Of a stretch of DNA of 64,000 nucleotides, positions 36,811 to 50,759 are shown piece by piece. Within the stretch, counting starts at the first letter, position 1; every line of letters begins with the position of its first letter. This DNA comes from Lama glama (lineage: Eukaryota): the NCBI GenBank assembly GCA_028534125.1, contig CM052818.1:45944001-46008000 (forward strand). Direction: 5' to 3'. A model generated the notes under the pieces. It ran no database searches, was not told where the DNA came from, and saw only the letters and a program-made list of their open reading frames with translations. The position numbers were made by a program, and so were the translations under genes.

Positions 36811-39800
36811 GATAAGCGTGGGCTTCATACCCACAGTGCCTCCTGAGGGGGCGCCCTGAAACCCAGGGACTCTACCACGGATCTAGGCTAACCCCTCACG
36901 CTGCAGGCAGGGAAACAGAGAGGAAGTGACTTCCCTGGGTCGCCCTGTGAAACGCGTGGCGGTGCAGAAATGAGAACCACATCCCTTGTTTCCAGTCCAG
37001 CTTTGAGCTGTGAGTTGCTTAAGGAGAAAAATAGGCTTCCCGGCCCCCACCTGTAATTCTAAGAAAATTTAATCAGCTTCCTGGTAATTTCCAAGGTGAG
37101 TAAGAGCCAGCTGTTTCTACCTGTTTGCAGCCTGGCAACAGCTGTCAACAAGAATATTGCCTCCTCCCCGGCCCATCACATCCTTTATGCCAGAAGCGTG
37201 TTTGCCCATGTGAAAGGCAAAGCCACTGGGCCTCGCAGACCCGGCATGCGGGGCTCTCTTCCACTAAGATCCACTTATTTATAACCCAAAGGAAATTTGC
37301 CCTAAAAACAGGATTTCCGTGCTCTCCTGGCTAATTTTCTTTTTATACTCTATAAGGAGTTAATGGGGACAACCTTGCCATTTGAAGAGTTTATTTTTAA
37401 CAGCAATATTATTAGACTGAGATCCTAAAAATGGGATGTTACAGATCAGTAGGAAAACCCACTGCACCTCATTGTCCAGAGGAGGAAGTTGAAGCCTCAA
37501 CAGGAGAGCTGATTGCCCAAAGTCCATGTGATTTATTGGCAACACAGGACTTGAACTTGGCTGGAGTCTTGGTTGCCTTTTAGGGAGGTGGCGTTCCTGC
37601 AGGCCTGACTTGCTGACAGCCACGCCACGTAGGAACCATCACCCCAGCGGATGGGCACTGGCTTGTTCATGGCCTTTATTAGTGATGGAGCTACATTCTG
37701 TGGCTGCCTGAGTCATCTTCGGGGAACCCCATTCTCCTGCACCCCACACTCCCTTCCCTTGTCTCCCAATGGTCCACCAAGGGCTGGAAACCTGGAGTTT
37801 ACAGGATTGTGGCAGGGGACTGACTGAGTGAGGTTGGCTGGGCAGAGCTGGTGAACTGGTTCATCTGTCTGCACTCGGCCTGCATGTCGTCTAGGACTAG
37901 AGGGTTTTTGTCTGTTCTTTGTCTGCTCAGGCAGAGTCCAAGGTTCATCCTACTCCCGAGACCCCGCCTGGACTCTCCCAGATGCCATGTGCACCCCGTG
38001 CTGTCTGGCTGTGCCCCGAAAGGGGTGGGCTAGACTTGACCTCTCCCCGCTTAGGTCTCCAGCTGGGCCTGAGGGTTAAATTGACCTAAGAGATTCGCAA
38101 GAGAAAAGCATGCAGGTTTTTACATGTACATGGTGGCCCCCACAGGAAAACAAAGACCCAAAGAAGTGGCAGAACCCAGGTTGAACAAAGAGAAGAAATT
38201 GTGGAAGGGGAACTAAAATACGGGGGGAGACTACAGGGGGGACAGTTAACTTCACAAGGTCTGATTGTGCAGAATCCTCTCTGGCTTGACTCCCCGTCTT
38301 GGATGATATGAGTGTTTCTTCCTCCTGGAACAGGGAGGTGTGCTGGGACCCCCGCCAGCACCACCCCATTCTGATCTAGGCAGCAGGGATGGCTTCTAGG
38401 TTTGGGGGCCAGCGGCAACCCACAAAGATCCCTTCTGGGGAAACACATATTGAAATAGGCAGTAAGGCCGACTTCCCGACTGCCAAGCTGACATGTTCTG
38501 CACCCCAGAGGAGAGCTGTGGACCCCACTGTGGGCCAAGGATGGGCGCTTGCTCCTGGTCTCCCAGTCTACCATCTGGGCTCCGCATTTTACAAGAACAC
38601 TCACCTGTTCACTGTGCTGTGACCTTGTTTCCTTGGTTGACTCCCCTCACTTTCAGAACACAGGTGAGGCAGCATCTCCCCTGTAGGCATCCTTGCTCCA
38701 TGAGATTGAAGTAGGTACCAGCACTAGACAGATGTCCTATTTTGGTTTTCCGTTTTGAACTCACCTTTCCATCCAGGCTGGGTGGGCCCCAATGTCTGCT
38801 TGCTTCCCATTTTGGAAGCAGGAAGGCAGAAGCCCCCCTCTCCTACCCCTGGCTGCAGGACTAGGCCCTGACTCTGTCATTAGCGGTGGTGGAGGTGACC
38901 ATGCTGGGGCCCAGAGCTGGAGCCTAGGATGTGTCAGCAGCCAAGTCTGGCAAGGTGGTTGCCACTGCCTCTGGCTGATCTCCCGGGGGCTCATTTGATT
39001 TCTGCCTCTGTCTTTCAGCTTCCTGTCTATTTTGTGAGCCTGCTACATCCTTTAAAAAATAACAACACAAAAAGCAAAAGCAAAAACAAAACAAAATCCC
39101 TGGTTTGCTGAAGGTGACCAAAATTGGTTTCTGTTTTTGCAGCCAAGAGCCCTGATGGGTGGAGAACCCTGCCTGGACCTCTGGGGTCCTCTGTGCTTCC
39201 CTGGGCTGGTATACACACTGCAAGGCTTTGAGGACAATAATGGCTGATTGGGAACTGGAAACTGTTCTCACACCCATCCTCAGGGGCCTAGGAGCCAGAC
39301 GGACGTCCATGTGCCCTGACAGAGCAAGCAGAAACGGACTAGAATTACTGGAGGACGTTCCAGCACAACAGCATGTCGTGAAGTGCTCCTGGATGCCTAG
39401 ATCCTCCTGCCTGCCTCCCAGGGCAGCAGTGCTCAGTCCCCAGTGGCCAGGAGGTCAGGTCCCGTCCCCAGGGCAGCTTGCATCTGTGATTCCCCAGCCA
39501 TGGCCATGAGCACTTTGACATTCCTCTCATTGAGGTCTGTGTCCCCTTCCCTTGAATCCTGGTGCACTGGGACTGCTTGGCCAATGGAATGCCACAGGAG
39601 GGAAGCTGGTCGACACCAGCAGCTTCCGTGTCCCCCTCCTGGGACCCTCTCTAGGAGCCCTGACTACCCCCATGAGAATGCCAACCATCTTGGGACTGCC
39701 ATAGATGGAGTCTACAACAAATAATAGATACAGATCAGGACTACGTGCCCCATTTTTGTTTATGATGCACTAAGCATGTCGGCCCCTCTGGAGGACCACA

Positions 39801-40089
39801 GGGAGACAGGAAAGGATGTGTCAGCTGTCATAAGGGGCCTCGGCAGCCAGGCTCAGGCTTGGGGATTCATCCTCTCGACAAGAATGAACTTATCAAGTTT
39901 TCTTAGCAGGAGGGGGTGGTCCCTGTGGCTACGAGTGGGCAGGTCACCAGGATGGTAGGCAGCAGGGGCCGAAAGGCAGGTGAGGCTAACAGCCGGGAAG
40001 CCAGATGGGGCTATTAGAGGTTTGGAGACACCTCTGGGGAGGAGACAGGGACAGAGACAACTCTTTCCCGAGTGGTGACATGCTCAGCC

Positions 40090-40290
40090 ATTCTCTTATC
40101 CTGAAATCCTTTGTCCAAATGATTCCTGAAGTCTCTGATTCAGTGATTCCAAGAATTCAGTAATTCTGAGAATTCATGTTTCCTTGATCCCATGACATGA
40201 AATGCCCTTGTTTCTACAGTTCTGTGATCTGGTGATTCACAGAATCTCTCACACAGCAAACTCTAAAATTCTCTGATTCATGTTGTGCTG
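40090..40290. repeat. Degenerate (gattc)-rich low-complexity tract
   Basis: Recurrent tgattc/gaattc units, reminiscent of expanded CR1/L3 tail repeats. Confidence 0.5.
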
Positions 40291-41444
40291 AATCAGCCCC
40301 TTGGGTTCCTGCCCACCCCTGGCCCATGGCTTCTCCTGGGAGTTGAGGGAAGGCTGTGTTTCTGTCTTTTCTATTTGGTCAGACAGGTGTCGGGGTTGGA
40401 GGGTGGTCTATCTTCCTCCGAGGTGGCTGAGATGGGGATCATGCGGGGGGAAGATCTGGGAGTAGGCAGGTTGGAATAACGCGGAGTGTGTGAGCCCAGG
40501 TGCCCGCATGCTGAGGCGGGAGTGGAGCCCCAGCTTCGGGGGGAGCAGAGACCTGCTGCCTGACCCGACGCACGCCACCCACTCTGCTCGTGCCCCCTGT
40601 CGGTGCAGCTCCCCCGGGACTGTGTTTTCCCCGGAGCAGCCCCCCAGAGACAAGCGCCGTGGTGGGTGGGTCTGCACCTTTCTTAAAACCACAAGCAGGA
40701 GTCACCCCCTTGGCATCCGTTATTACTAGAGTTGACAACAAGCCTGAGGCACATGGGACACCAGCAGGGTGGCCTGTGGATTTAGGTGACAGGGAACATG
40801 GGGGATGGCTGGGACCACGGGGGGGGGGGCACAGCTGAGAATCTCCTGCAGGTAAAATGGGCTGGACTAGTGGACCTGGCTTGACCCCGTTTCCATCCCT
40901 GACTCCTTACGTGATCTCTGGTCAGTCCTCACCCTTCCCTGGCGTCCATTTCTCCATCTAGAAATGAGAAGGCTGCATCAAGAAACTTGGAAAGGCCCCA
41001 CTGGCTCTGAGGGCCCACCGCCCCATGAGTGGTCCTTGCTCCTCTCCCCTCAGTCAGCCTCTCCGCGTCAGATCCTGGGGGTGAGGCTCCCGTGCCAGGT
41101 CGCTGTGAGGCCCTCTCTGGGGAGCAGAGAGAGCAGTTGTCACAGAACCTGGGACGCTAGCAGTCAGTTACCTGCTGTCAGCTACTACTGGCTCTTTTCA
41201 GGGCTGAGCGTGACCCTCTCTGCCTGGCATCCGTGTGCACAAGGATCTCCCTGCACATGGAGGCTGCTCTGAGATGGTAACAAGAGAAGGAGGCAGCGTG
41301 GGAGGGAAGCCAGGCCCACCTCTACTCCACATGGCCCTCCTTGGCCAGTCTTGGGGGCTTTGGGAGCTGCTCTGAGAAGAAGATGAAATGGGCCACAACC
41401 GTGGTTGCTCTTAAGTATGAAAGGTGGGGGAGACATGATCCAGC

Positions 41445-41602
41445 ATGCATGCATCCATCCATTCATCCATCTATCCATCCAGTCATACATTTATTCATTT
41501 ATCCATCCATACATACATCTATTCATTTATCCATCCATCCATCCATCCGTCCATTCATCTTTCTGTCCATCCATCTATCCATCTATCCATCCATCCATTC
41601 AC
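41445..41602. repeat. (CCAT)n-type degenerate tetranucleotide repeat
   Basis: Seen directly. Confidence 0.92.
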
Positions 41603-42591
41603 CCTTTATTAAGTACCTACCATGTTTAAAAGAGAGCACCCCACCCCCGTGGATGACCTTCTGTGCTCCCACCCTGCTCTGTTATTTATGCTTTCATTCG
41701 TCTGTTCCTTGTCTTTCTCCCCCACAAAAACGTTAATTCCGTGAAGACTTAACTGCTGTACCCCAAGCGTCTAAAATCAGGCCTGGTGCTTAATAGTGGG
41801 TGCTCGGTGTGGGGATGCCCTCAGATGGGGAAAGCTGCTTCTCAGGGCCAGGCTGACTGCCTGAGCGGCAGCTTCTTGGACAGAGGCAGGAGGACCACAG
41901 CTTTGCCCCCTGGCAGATGACCACCAAGCCCTCATGGAGGCCAACGCCTCTGTTCCAGAACCTTGGGCTCATTTCTTCACTTTGCTACCTAGAAAGTGGG
42001 CTCATAACCCCTCCCTGGGGCTGTCCAGGTCCCGCAGGAGAGAGGAGGCAGGGGGTGGGAAGGGTGTGGAGTTCCAGATGGGGATTGATTTCTGCCCTGG
42101 TTCTGCCAACTTACTAGCTCGGTGGTCTCATGCAAGCTACATAATGGTAATTACTATTCACCTGCCAGGACTGCTTGGGATCAGGAGGGTTAATCTGATA
42201 GAAAGCACTTTGAAGACTGCCGAGCTCCCCAGAGGGTTGCTATGTTAAAGGTTATTGTAACAACAGACCCAAGCAGCCCCACAAGCCGGAGGAACTAAGG
42301 CTCTGAACAGCGTGATGGTTCCGGGCCGGGCTGGACAAAGCTAGGGGTGTGATGACCTTCGGAGATGCAGACGCTAATGGCAGGATCTGGGTGGAAGGGC
42401 GGGAGAGGAGCTGGGGCCGGACTGGGGTGCGTCCTGGTTTGGGAGGAGACCTTGAGTTGTGGGTACCCTTTTGGGGAAGCCCCAGGGAGGGAACCAGTCA
42501 TGAACAGTCTCTGGGCAGACCGGGAAAACACACGGTGACGGCAGCTGACAGCCTCTTCAAGGCTGTCTGGGCTCGTGCCAAGGGCTGTGTT

Positions 42592-42813
42592 TTTGTTTTT
42601 ATTGAAGTAGAGTTGATTTACAATGTTGTGTTAGTTTCTGGTGTAACAGCATAGTGATTCAGTTATACATAAATATATGTATATATTCTTTCCCATGTTC
42701 TTTTTTACTATAGGTTATTATAAGCTATTGAATACAGTTCCTTGTGTCTGCAGTAGGACCTTGTTGTTTATCTATTTAGTATATGGTAGTTTGTATCTGC
42801 TAATTCCAAACTT
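42592..42813 (-). mobile_element. 5'-truncated artiodactyl-type L1 3' end
   Basis: ttttattgaagtagagttgatttacaatgttgtgttagtttctggtgt.... Perfect 14-bp TSD ccaagggctgtgtt at 42578-42591 and 42814-42827. Confidence 0.92.
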
Positions 42814-43799
42814 CCAAGGGCTGTGTTCTGGGACGTCTCCTTGGCTGGTCTCCCTGGAAGACGCTGGTCCTGGGCAAGCTGTGGCTTTGTAAGGTAATAA
42901 CAAAGGGACAAGGTTGGGGCTGCTGTGGGCGGGGAAAGCCCTTGATTGCTTGAGTTTCCCGGGGTCAGTCCAGACTGGAAAAGCCACAAGATTCCCCCAG
43001 GAGGAGCGTAGGCCTGCTCTCACCCACTGTCCTCTCCCCCGGTGCTCCTCGGCCACCTGGTTCCCTGCCTTTTCTGTAAGGCCTGCCTCCAAGGGGCAAA
43101 CATTTCTGTACACTGTGGGCCTGCGGTGTGTCATCTCCCAGAGGAGGAGTCATGATCCCCAGGTGCCCATGAAGAAGGGGAGCTGGTGGCTATGGTGAGG
43201 CGGGGTGCTGACCGTCACCAGCTCCCCACTGCACCCAGGACCCTGGCTTCTGGCCCAGCTCTCCTGGGCAGCTCCCGTCCCCTCATGCAGCAGATCCCAG
43301 GACAGGTGGGGACAGACCGAAGCAAAGGGAGGAGGAGGCTCAAGGTGAGGACAACTTGCCTCTTGTCCAGCAGACGCTCAGTGTTTGCAGCCTGTCCAGG
43401 CGGCCACAGCCACAAAACTCTTCAAAGGCCCTTGCTCCCGTGTGCTGCTTTAAAAAGAAATCTAGAATGAAAAAGAAGAGTTTCTATTTTTGATGAGACA
43501 CCGATGAAATGAAGGCTTTTAAATTATTAAAATCCAGAAATAAATTATTTATTCAGGTCAGATACGTAACAGCCTTTCATTTCATGAACATTAACCCCAC
43601 CAGCACCCTGTCACTAATTTGCTGTGTGGCCTGGCAAGTCGTTTACCCTCCCAGGACCTCAGTGTCCTCTTCTGTAAGATGGGCAGGCAGGGGCCAGGCC
43701 TGTCTGTTCTCTTTACCCCCTCTCTCTTCACCCCAGACCCTTGATCCTCAGGATCAGACCTTCCCTGAGCAGCTCAGGTGGGTGGGAAGAGGATGAGCT

Positions 43800-44010
43800 G
43801 TTATTAATAATAATATTACTACATGCCAGCCCTGCACAGTGGTTTACACATTCCAACTGATATATCCCACAACAACCCTCAGAGGTGATAACATTACGAT
43901 CTCCATTTTACAGCTGAGGACATTGGACGTGGAGTATGGAAGTGCCTTGCTCAAGGTCACCCAGCTTGCAGCATGGCTGGAGTTCAAGGCCAGGCAGCCC
44001 GGTTCCCGAG
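43800..44010 (-). mobile_element. MIR SINE
   Basis: cacaacaaccctc...tccattttacagctgagga...ttgctcaaggtcacccagct...gttcaaggccaggcag. Confidence 0.8.
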
Positions 44011-44059
44011 CTGACCGCGGCAGCACATGGCCTTGCCTTGGGTATGAGTGAGGCCCTCA

Positions 44060-44400
44060 GTGAGATGATTCTTCTGGGAGGTGTCGTGCCTGTTCTCTCT
44101 GCCTTTGCACTTGCTCTTCCCTTTGCCTGGAGTTCCCTCCCTGCCCCAGGCCGACAAAAATGTCATCACCTCCTCCAGGAATCCTTCCCATCCTCCCTCC
44201 GCACTTACACAGCATTCTCCCACTTCCCTGTGAAAACCCTTACCCTCTGAATCATCATCATTTACACACCTGTCTCCCCACCAGACTGTGTCCTCCTTGA
44301 GTTCAGAGACCATGTTAGTTGGATTTCCACGTCGCCAGGGCCCAGCTGAGTACCTGATGTAGACCAGGAGATGTTTGTTGAATGAATGAGTGACTGTTTG
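44060..44400 (+). mobile_element. LINE2 3' end
   Basis: gcctttgcacttgctcttccctttgcctgg...cacctcctccaggaatccttcc...atgtttgttgaatgaatga. Confidence 0.8.
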
Positions 44401-47224
44401 AACTGATGTGGCTCCCTCACACCGTGGCGGAGGGTTGTGGGTTGCCCCAGGGCCTGGCTCCAGGAAGACCCCTAAGTTTGCCATCCCTGAGATTGCTCTC
44501 CCACAAGGGACTCAGCTTGGCAGAGAAGATATTGGGTTTCCATGGCAGTGGATTTTTTTTTTGCCCGAGCAAACATTTCCACAGAAATCCCAATAGATGC
44601 CAGTTGGTGCAGTGGGCGGTGCCCCCTCCTCCTGCACCCCTCTGGCCTCCCCAGGCCTCTGAGCCCAGAGCCAGCCCTTCTCCCTCCGTGGGCTTCTGCT
44701 GGCTTTCTCACAACTGCCCTATTTAAAGCTGCTTCAAGCTGCTCCAACTTCGCCCCACACCATCCTGGGCGAGGAAGGGGTACCCCAGCCTCAGGCTGTC
44801 AACACTGGGGAGTCCAGCCTCACCATCCTCAGACAGCAAAGCTCAGCCCAGAGAGGGGAAATGGTAGGGCTCCCAACCCCTGCCCAGGCTGGCTTTGCGC
44901 TGCCATCTGCCAGCCCTATCTACCTGCAGACATGGGGAACCTCTTCCCTCCCCCTCCTCCACCCCCGGGGCCCAGGGGTCAGGGGGTCTCACAGGCCTTG
45001 GCAGAAGCTGGGGGACCTGAGAAGTACCAGGTATCAGGCCTCAGACCCGCTGCCCCAGGGTCCTGCCCGAGCCTCTGGGGGCAGCGAGGAACAGTGGGGA
45101 CCAAGGACTTTGCTGGTAGAAGCTCAGAGGGCTCCAGGGGCTTTCCCAAGGACAGGTGGCTGAGTGGCGGAGGCAGGATCTGAGCCCTGGGTCTCTCTAG
45201 TGAGGAGGATAGCCTCCACCCACTATCCTGTCAGGCTGGACCTCACTTTCCCCCACATAGAAACAGAGGGTAGACGTCCCCTTCAGGAAGCAGGAACGAA
45301 GTGCCTGATTGTGCACGTGCGGCACTGGCGGGTTGGCTGAGGGTCCAGCACGTGGACTGAGAGCTCACTAGGCCCTTGCAACCACCAGACCATTAGAGAG
45401 GTCAAGTGACTTTGCCCAAGGTCACAAGTGGTGGCCCGGGAAATGGATATCAGACCTGTCAGACTCTGCCCACTTCTGCCTCGCTACATCCCTCACTGCA
45501 TCGCTATTGTCTCAAAGCCAGTTGTTACCTTCCATGCTAAGTCCCTGCCCTGCCCTCCCGGTGGGCTTTGCCTCAGCTGTGGTCTTAGCACAATTGCTGG
45601 TGAGGGAAGAGGGCCAAGGGTGGGTGGCCCTGAGCAGGGGACAGAGGCCTCACAGTCCGGCTTTGTGCAGGCCTGCTAACGAGCTCATCACCTTGTGCCC
45701 CAGCTGGCGACACGTGCAGCTGGTCCTGCCATTCTGGATCACCTCAGCCCCCGACCTGACCCCTGGAGCCTGCCTCCCAGAGCCTCAGACTCCCACCCTC
45801 CCTCCCTGTAATCTGTGCATCTGTGGTTGGAGCTGTGGTGCTCTGCCGCCCACATGGAGCCTGCCTCCAGCTCTCATCTCCATGGCAACACTCACCACCT
45901 CCGCACAGGGCCACTGTGCTCAGCTAACCTGAGGCCTGTCCCCTGCAACTGGCCACCCATTTGGGTCAGGAGACACCCACACACCTGCTCAGGCCAAGAC
46001 TCAGTGCTCACTCGTGTACCTGCCCCGCCCCCACAGGCCAGAGTGACAGTGCCTGGGTATGCACGTCCACCCGGGCAGGCGTGTGCACAGGGGTATGTGT
46101 GTACGCATACAGGCGCAGGTGTGAAAACATCAACAGCTCATCCAGCTCATCCAACTCCAGTCCTTGGGGCCTGGGGGCCACAACAGCCAAATTGTGTGTC
46201 GTGTGTCCTCTGTCTGTTTGTGTCTGGCAGAGTCCAGGGAGGGGAGGGTACATCCTTCTGTGAGGCAGAGATTCAGGACAATGGCCCCTTTCGCTGCATG
46301 TTGCATTTCTCCAATAGCAGGAGAAGGACCACTCTCCACCCCTTTCTCCCCGGACATTCAGGACCCAGCAGTGGCTGATGGGGCCACTCGTCATCTTTGC
46401 TGTGGTCTCCCCTGGGACCAACAGTTACACTGGACTTTGGTCCTTAGAATCCACATCATTTTCTCCTGAGACACCACCTGATTCCATTTTCCTGTGCAAA
46501 GAACAGAAGCTGTAGAAAGGGCCCTGGGCAGGAGATCAGAAGAAGCGACATATAAACTTGGTTCTGTTAATAGCTGGCCGCGTGAACTTGCACAGGACAC
46601 GGTGCTTCTGGGCCTCAGATCCCCTGTCTGTTAATGATTCCTCATGGACTCTGTATCCGGATCACCCAGAATTCCACCAAATGGCAGTGTTTCTCTCATC
46701 CTCATGATGGTGCTTTGGGTTGCATGTTATCATCCCTGGGTGATGAGGGGGAGACTGAGTCACAGAGGATGCCGTGGTGGGAGAGGTCAGCCCGACCGGA
46801 GCCTTTGCTCTTTCTGCCACTCGCTCCCCCTGTGTTCTGCCCAAAGCCTCCAGGGCCAGAATGGGCCCTCTGTGCTGCTCACCAGGGCCCGGCAAGCCCC
46901 TCACAGGAGCCAGGGCAGGGGGCGGACCAGTGACATAGGGCACCAGCAGCTCAAAGAGGGACATCAAAGAGGGACGGCAGATAAAAAACACAAAGCCCTT
47001 AGACTCCCCTGCGCTGGTGAGTAATAATGCATCAAGTTCGGAAGTCAAGGGCTTCACTGGGGACCGGCAGGGCTCCGACTCCAGGGCAGTGTGGTAATGA
47101 GCCTCAGTGCTGGAGCCGGGAGGAGGGCAGGGATGGGGGCTCCAGGGCTGACGGGTGCTGGGTGGTGGGCTCTGTGCAGGGCAGTAGAGCAATGCCCCCA
47201 CTTCCCCACGCAGACTGGTCACCG

Positions 47225-47345
47225 GGCACTTGTTAACTGTGTATCCTGGTCCAGCGGGTCTGGGTGGGGCCAAGCCCCTGTGTTTCTAACTAGCTCCCGG
47301 GTAATGCAGCTGCCAGTGGCCTGGGCCCGCACTTTGAGTTTCAAG
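47225..47345. mobile_element. MER5A-like fragment
   Basis: ggtctgggtggggccaag...tttctaactagctcccgggtaatgcagctgc...cactttgagt. Confidence 0.65.
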
Positions 47346-47572
47346 AGTATGGCTGAGATGTCAGACTGCCCGGGCGTGAACTTGGATCTGCCCCTAATTA
47401 GCTGTGCGAGTGGGCAAGGAGTTGCCAACTCACCATGCCTCAGTTTCCTCACCTATAAAATGGGGATAATTATAGTACCTACTTCAAGGAGGCGTCTGTG
47501 AAGGTTAAGAAGTTAATCTATGTTAATGTAGTTAAAAGCACTTAGATTGTGCTTGGTAAGTGTGTTATTATT
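47345..47572 (+). mobile_element. MIR SINE
   Basis: tcagactgcccggg...gcctcagtttcctcacctataaaatggggataattatagtacctac...aaagcacttaga. Confidence 0.85.
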
Positions 47573-49019
47573 CTAAAATGCTAGGCTGAAGAATGTGTGC
47601 TTTTTTGCTGAGGAGAGTGGGTTGCTGTTGAGCTCTAAGTGGGGAGTGATGTGGCCAATGTCTCACTGGAAAGCCTTTCTCTGGGCGGTGTTGGCACATG
47701 AGTGGGAGGTGGCAGGCAGGCCTGGGGGAGGAGCTGGGCTGAGGCCCGTTACAGGAGGGGTGGGGGTGAGAGAGGGAGCAGAGAGCCTGGAAATGGTGGC
47801 AGGGATGGGAGGAGAGAAGGGGCAGGAGGGACAGACATTTCTGAGGCAGATCTAACTTCAGGTGGCCCGGGAGGGCCTGGCATCCACCCTGGCATCCACC
47901 CGAGGCTGCCCCGCAGCTGTGCGCCACACGGGAAACCTTCTGGGTGGGCTGGGCTGGGGGCTCCCACCCTGCTGGGCTGTGGCTTTGCTGTCCTGACATC
48001 ACCCACAAGTGAGTAAAGCACTGACCCTGCCCTCCCAGATCCTGCATTGTGATCGGGAAGAGGCCACACACACACTGTCCGCTGTCCGACTACCTATGCA
48101 GGAAGCCCCCGTGCTCCGCCCTCACAGTGTGTGGCCGCCCAGCCTGTCAGGTGCTGTCTGCTTCCAGGAACCCTGGATCACCAGTGGATGGCTGTTGGAA
48201 ATGGCTTGCCAAAATTTGCATCAATATACCTTCCACCTGTTAGTCTCAGCCCCGACCCTGGTTCCTTCACACTGTATGACAAATACCATATTCTGTCAAA
48301 ATCTTCCCCACGTGGGCCACGATGTCGCCGACTCTTTCAGCCCTTGAGTGTGGAGTATGATTTCCAAGTCCTCCACTGCCCGGGGACATCCTCAGGCACC
48401 TGACCACTCATCAAAGTCACACAAGACCGACCGTGACACCCCCAATTCAGTCTTTCCTCTTTACTTTGGGCTTGATTCTTCTGCAGCCTGTTTGCCTTAC
48501 TGAACGTCAGGTCAGCTGAAAACCAAGACTTCAGATTTGCTGCTGACTTCACGAGACTGTTTCAGCTGTAATCAGCACGGACGCCAGCTCACACACAGGG
48601 AAGAACTTTATTATCGCGGTACGTGATCTCGGAATTAGGGGCAGAGAGGCGACTGGGCTTCAGGAACAAATGAACCAGGATTCCAGTTGCCTCTCTTTCC
48701 GCCTGTTTCCCTATATACCTCCCTCCTCTCTCTCTCTCTCCAACCAGCTTCTACTTTCAGGTTCATAAAACCAAACGTGGCCACAGGACCTCCCAAGCTG
48801 ATGTGATATACTGCAGCCACCCGGAGATCTTTGGAATCTCTAAGTCCCAATCCTAAAACCATCGAGAAGCCACTCTGGCCCAGCTCTGGTCTCCGGCCCA
48901 TCTGGCCCCCATCAGCCACCAGGTGAAGGGTGACATGATCATGGTTGGTTGTGGCTGCAGAGTGAAGCCCTGTGGACCTGCAGAAGGGGTGGGGCCAGGA
49001 AGCCAGTCCTAGAAAGGGT

Positions 49020-49290
49020 TTGCCAGGAAAGCTCCTGGAATCGTGATTCCTTCTTCCAAACAACTCATCACCCTCTCCAGTTCTGTGTCTTTTGAAAATT
49101 TGATGAGCAGTCTGCATGCTACATCTTCATCTCGACTGTCAGCAAAAACGTTGAGCAGAACAGAGCTGAGATGAGAACCCTCTGCCCCCGGCTCATCGTT
49201 TCCCTCGTGGTTGGTGTTTCTCTGCCAAGCACACTATTTGATGGTTATTAATCAGACTACATGGCGCTGCTCAGTGGGCTGACACACAGC
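49020..49290 (-). mobile_element. CR1/L3 reverse-transcriptase remnant
   Basis: The minus strand gives IKFSKDTEL (compare the CR1 RT motif IKFADDTKL). catcttcatctcgactgtcagcaaaaacgttgagcagaacagagc resembles antisense L3. Confidence 0.55.
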
Positions 49291-49904
49291 CGTGCTTGCA
49301 AATGACAGGAGTGGCTAACACGTGGCACTATGGAAAATGTTTAGCATATGTCAAGCAACAAAAGTGTCATACAAAACGAAATCATTGTATAAACGCGCAC
49401 GTAGAGAAAAATGAAAGAAAAAGCACCGAGGGTGGTAGCATTGACTGTCTTTGGGAAACACAGCCCGCAGAATTCTGAGAGAAGCCTGCCTGTTGGTTTC
49501 AGCTAATCCAGACACCATAACAGTGACCCCAGCTGTCAGGAAGACCTGCTCCGTGCCGAGACCTGTCTGTAACAATACCTTCAGGGGATTCGCAGGGAAT
49601 GACTGGACCAAACTCCAGAAGGAAACGTAGGTAGAGTTTATGCACTTGGGTATGAACATATACAAACATCAAGAGTATAAGAGAGTGGGGTTTGTAATCA
49701 GTTCTTGCTTTCTCCCTTCAAAAGAAAGGAAGATGACTACAGCCAGGTATTTTCTGTTCTACACGCCGCTCTGCTCTGATGTCCCACATTTTGTTGGTCC
49801 TTTCCTGGGGGTGTTTCTTTCTAAGTCATGGGCCCCAGCTAGCCCATAGGGTCCTTTTGTGTGAACTAGGGAAGGATGCCTCTTCTGGACAGATGCAGCC
49901 TGAC

Positions 49905-50015
49905 AGGCACATAGTGTGGTGAGTGAAAGGCAGACTGGATTCCAGTCCCCACTCGTCCCTCAGGTGGGCACCCTTGTGCAGTGGACAACCTGCACAACTG
50001 TACCTGCCTGTGTAC
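49905..50015 (-). mobile_element. MER91-like hAT fragment
   Basis: cccttgtgcagtggacaacctgcacaactgtac. Confidence 0.55.
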
Positions 50016-50262
50016 CACACAAGCTGTTCAGAAATCAGACACTGTAGAAAATATTTTAACTGTAGAAACTGTCTTATCTGAACATAAAGTTCATCCTGTT
50101 AGTCCAGGTTCTTTCTCCAGGTGATTCTTTCTGAGCCTAGGTCTCCCCTTAATATTGACTGCACCCTACATCTGCTGGCTTTAGACTTTAACTCAGGGAA
50201 AGGCTGCCTTTGATGCAAGCCTCTGGGCTGCTCTTTGGGGTGAGGGCCCAGTATCCACATTT

Positions 50263-50380
50263 GGGGGTGGGTAATTAGGTTTATTTATTTTAATAGAGGT
50301 ACTGGGGATTGAACCCAGGACCTTGTGCATGCTAAGCATGCCCTCTACCACGGAGCTATACACCACCACCACCCCCGCTG
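50263..50380 (-). mobile_element. tRNA-Ala-derived camelid SINE (vic-1-like)
   Basis: ggtactggggattgaacccaggaccttgtgcatgctaagcatgccctctaccacggagctata. Perfect 15-bp TSD ccagtatccacattt at 50248-50262 and 50381-50395. Confidence 0.92.
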
Positions 50381-50759
50381 CCAGTATCCACATTTTCTTT
50401 GTTGACTATATTATCTCCCCAAGGTGGGTATTTAACATCGCTTTGGGCTGGACTGATGATTCTCACTGGGGGCCTACCCTGAAATGGCATTATTCTGTGT
50501 GCAAGGTGGTGACTACCTATTGCAACGCCAGTAAACACCCGCATCATTCAGAAGGGTTACTCTGCAACCACCTCATCCCAGCATCATGCCAGCCACGATG
50601 GGGAGCTGGGACTGTGGGGAACCTTTTTTCTTTTCTCCAAACTTTCTATAATGCCATATTACGTTTACAGCATGAATTATTTTGATTAAACCGAACAAAA
50701 CATAAAGAAACACTCTCTTGGGATAGAATTATTCAACCTGAAGAAATCTACCTGACTAC

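Noticed and set aside
41341..41736. His/Pro/Ser/Ile repeat protein
   Set aside because: Translation of a (CCAT)n simple repeat.
44542..47273. Long ORFs at 44542, 45815 and 46662
   Set aside because: Expected by chance at this GC content, and no homology recognised.
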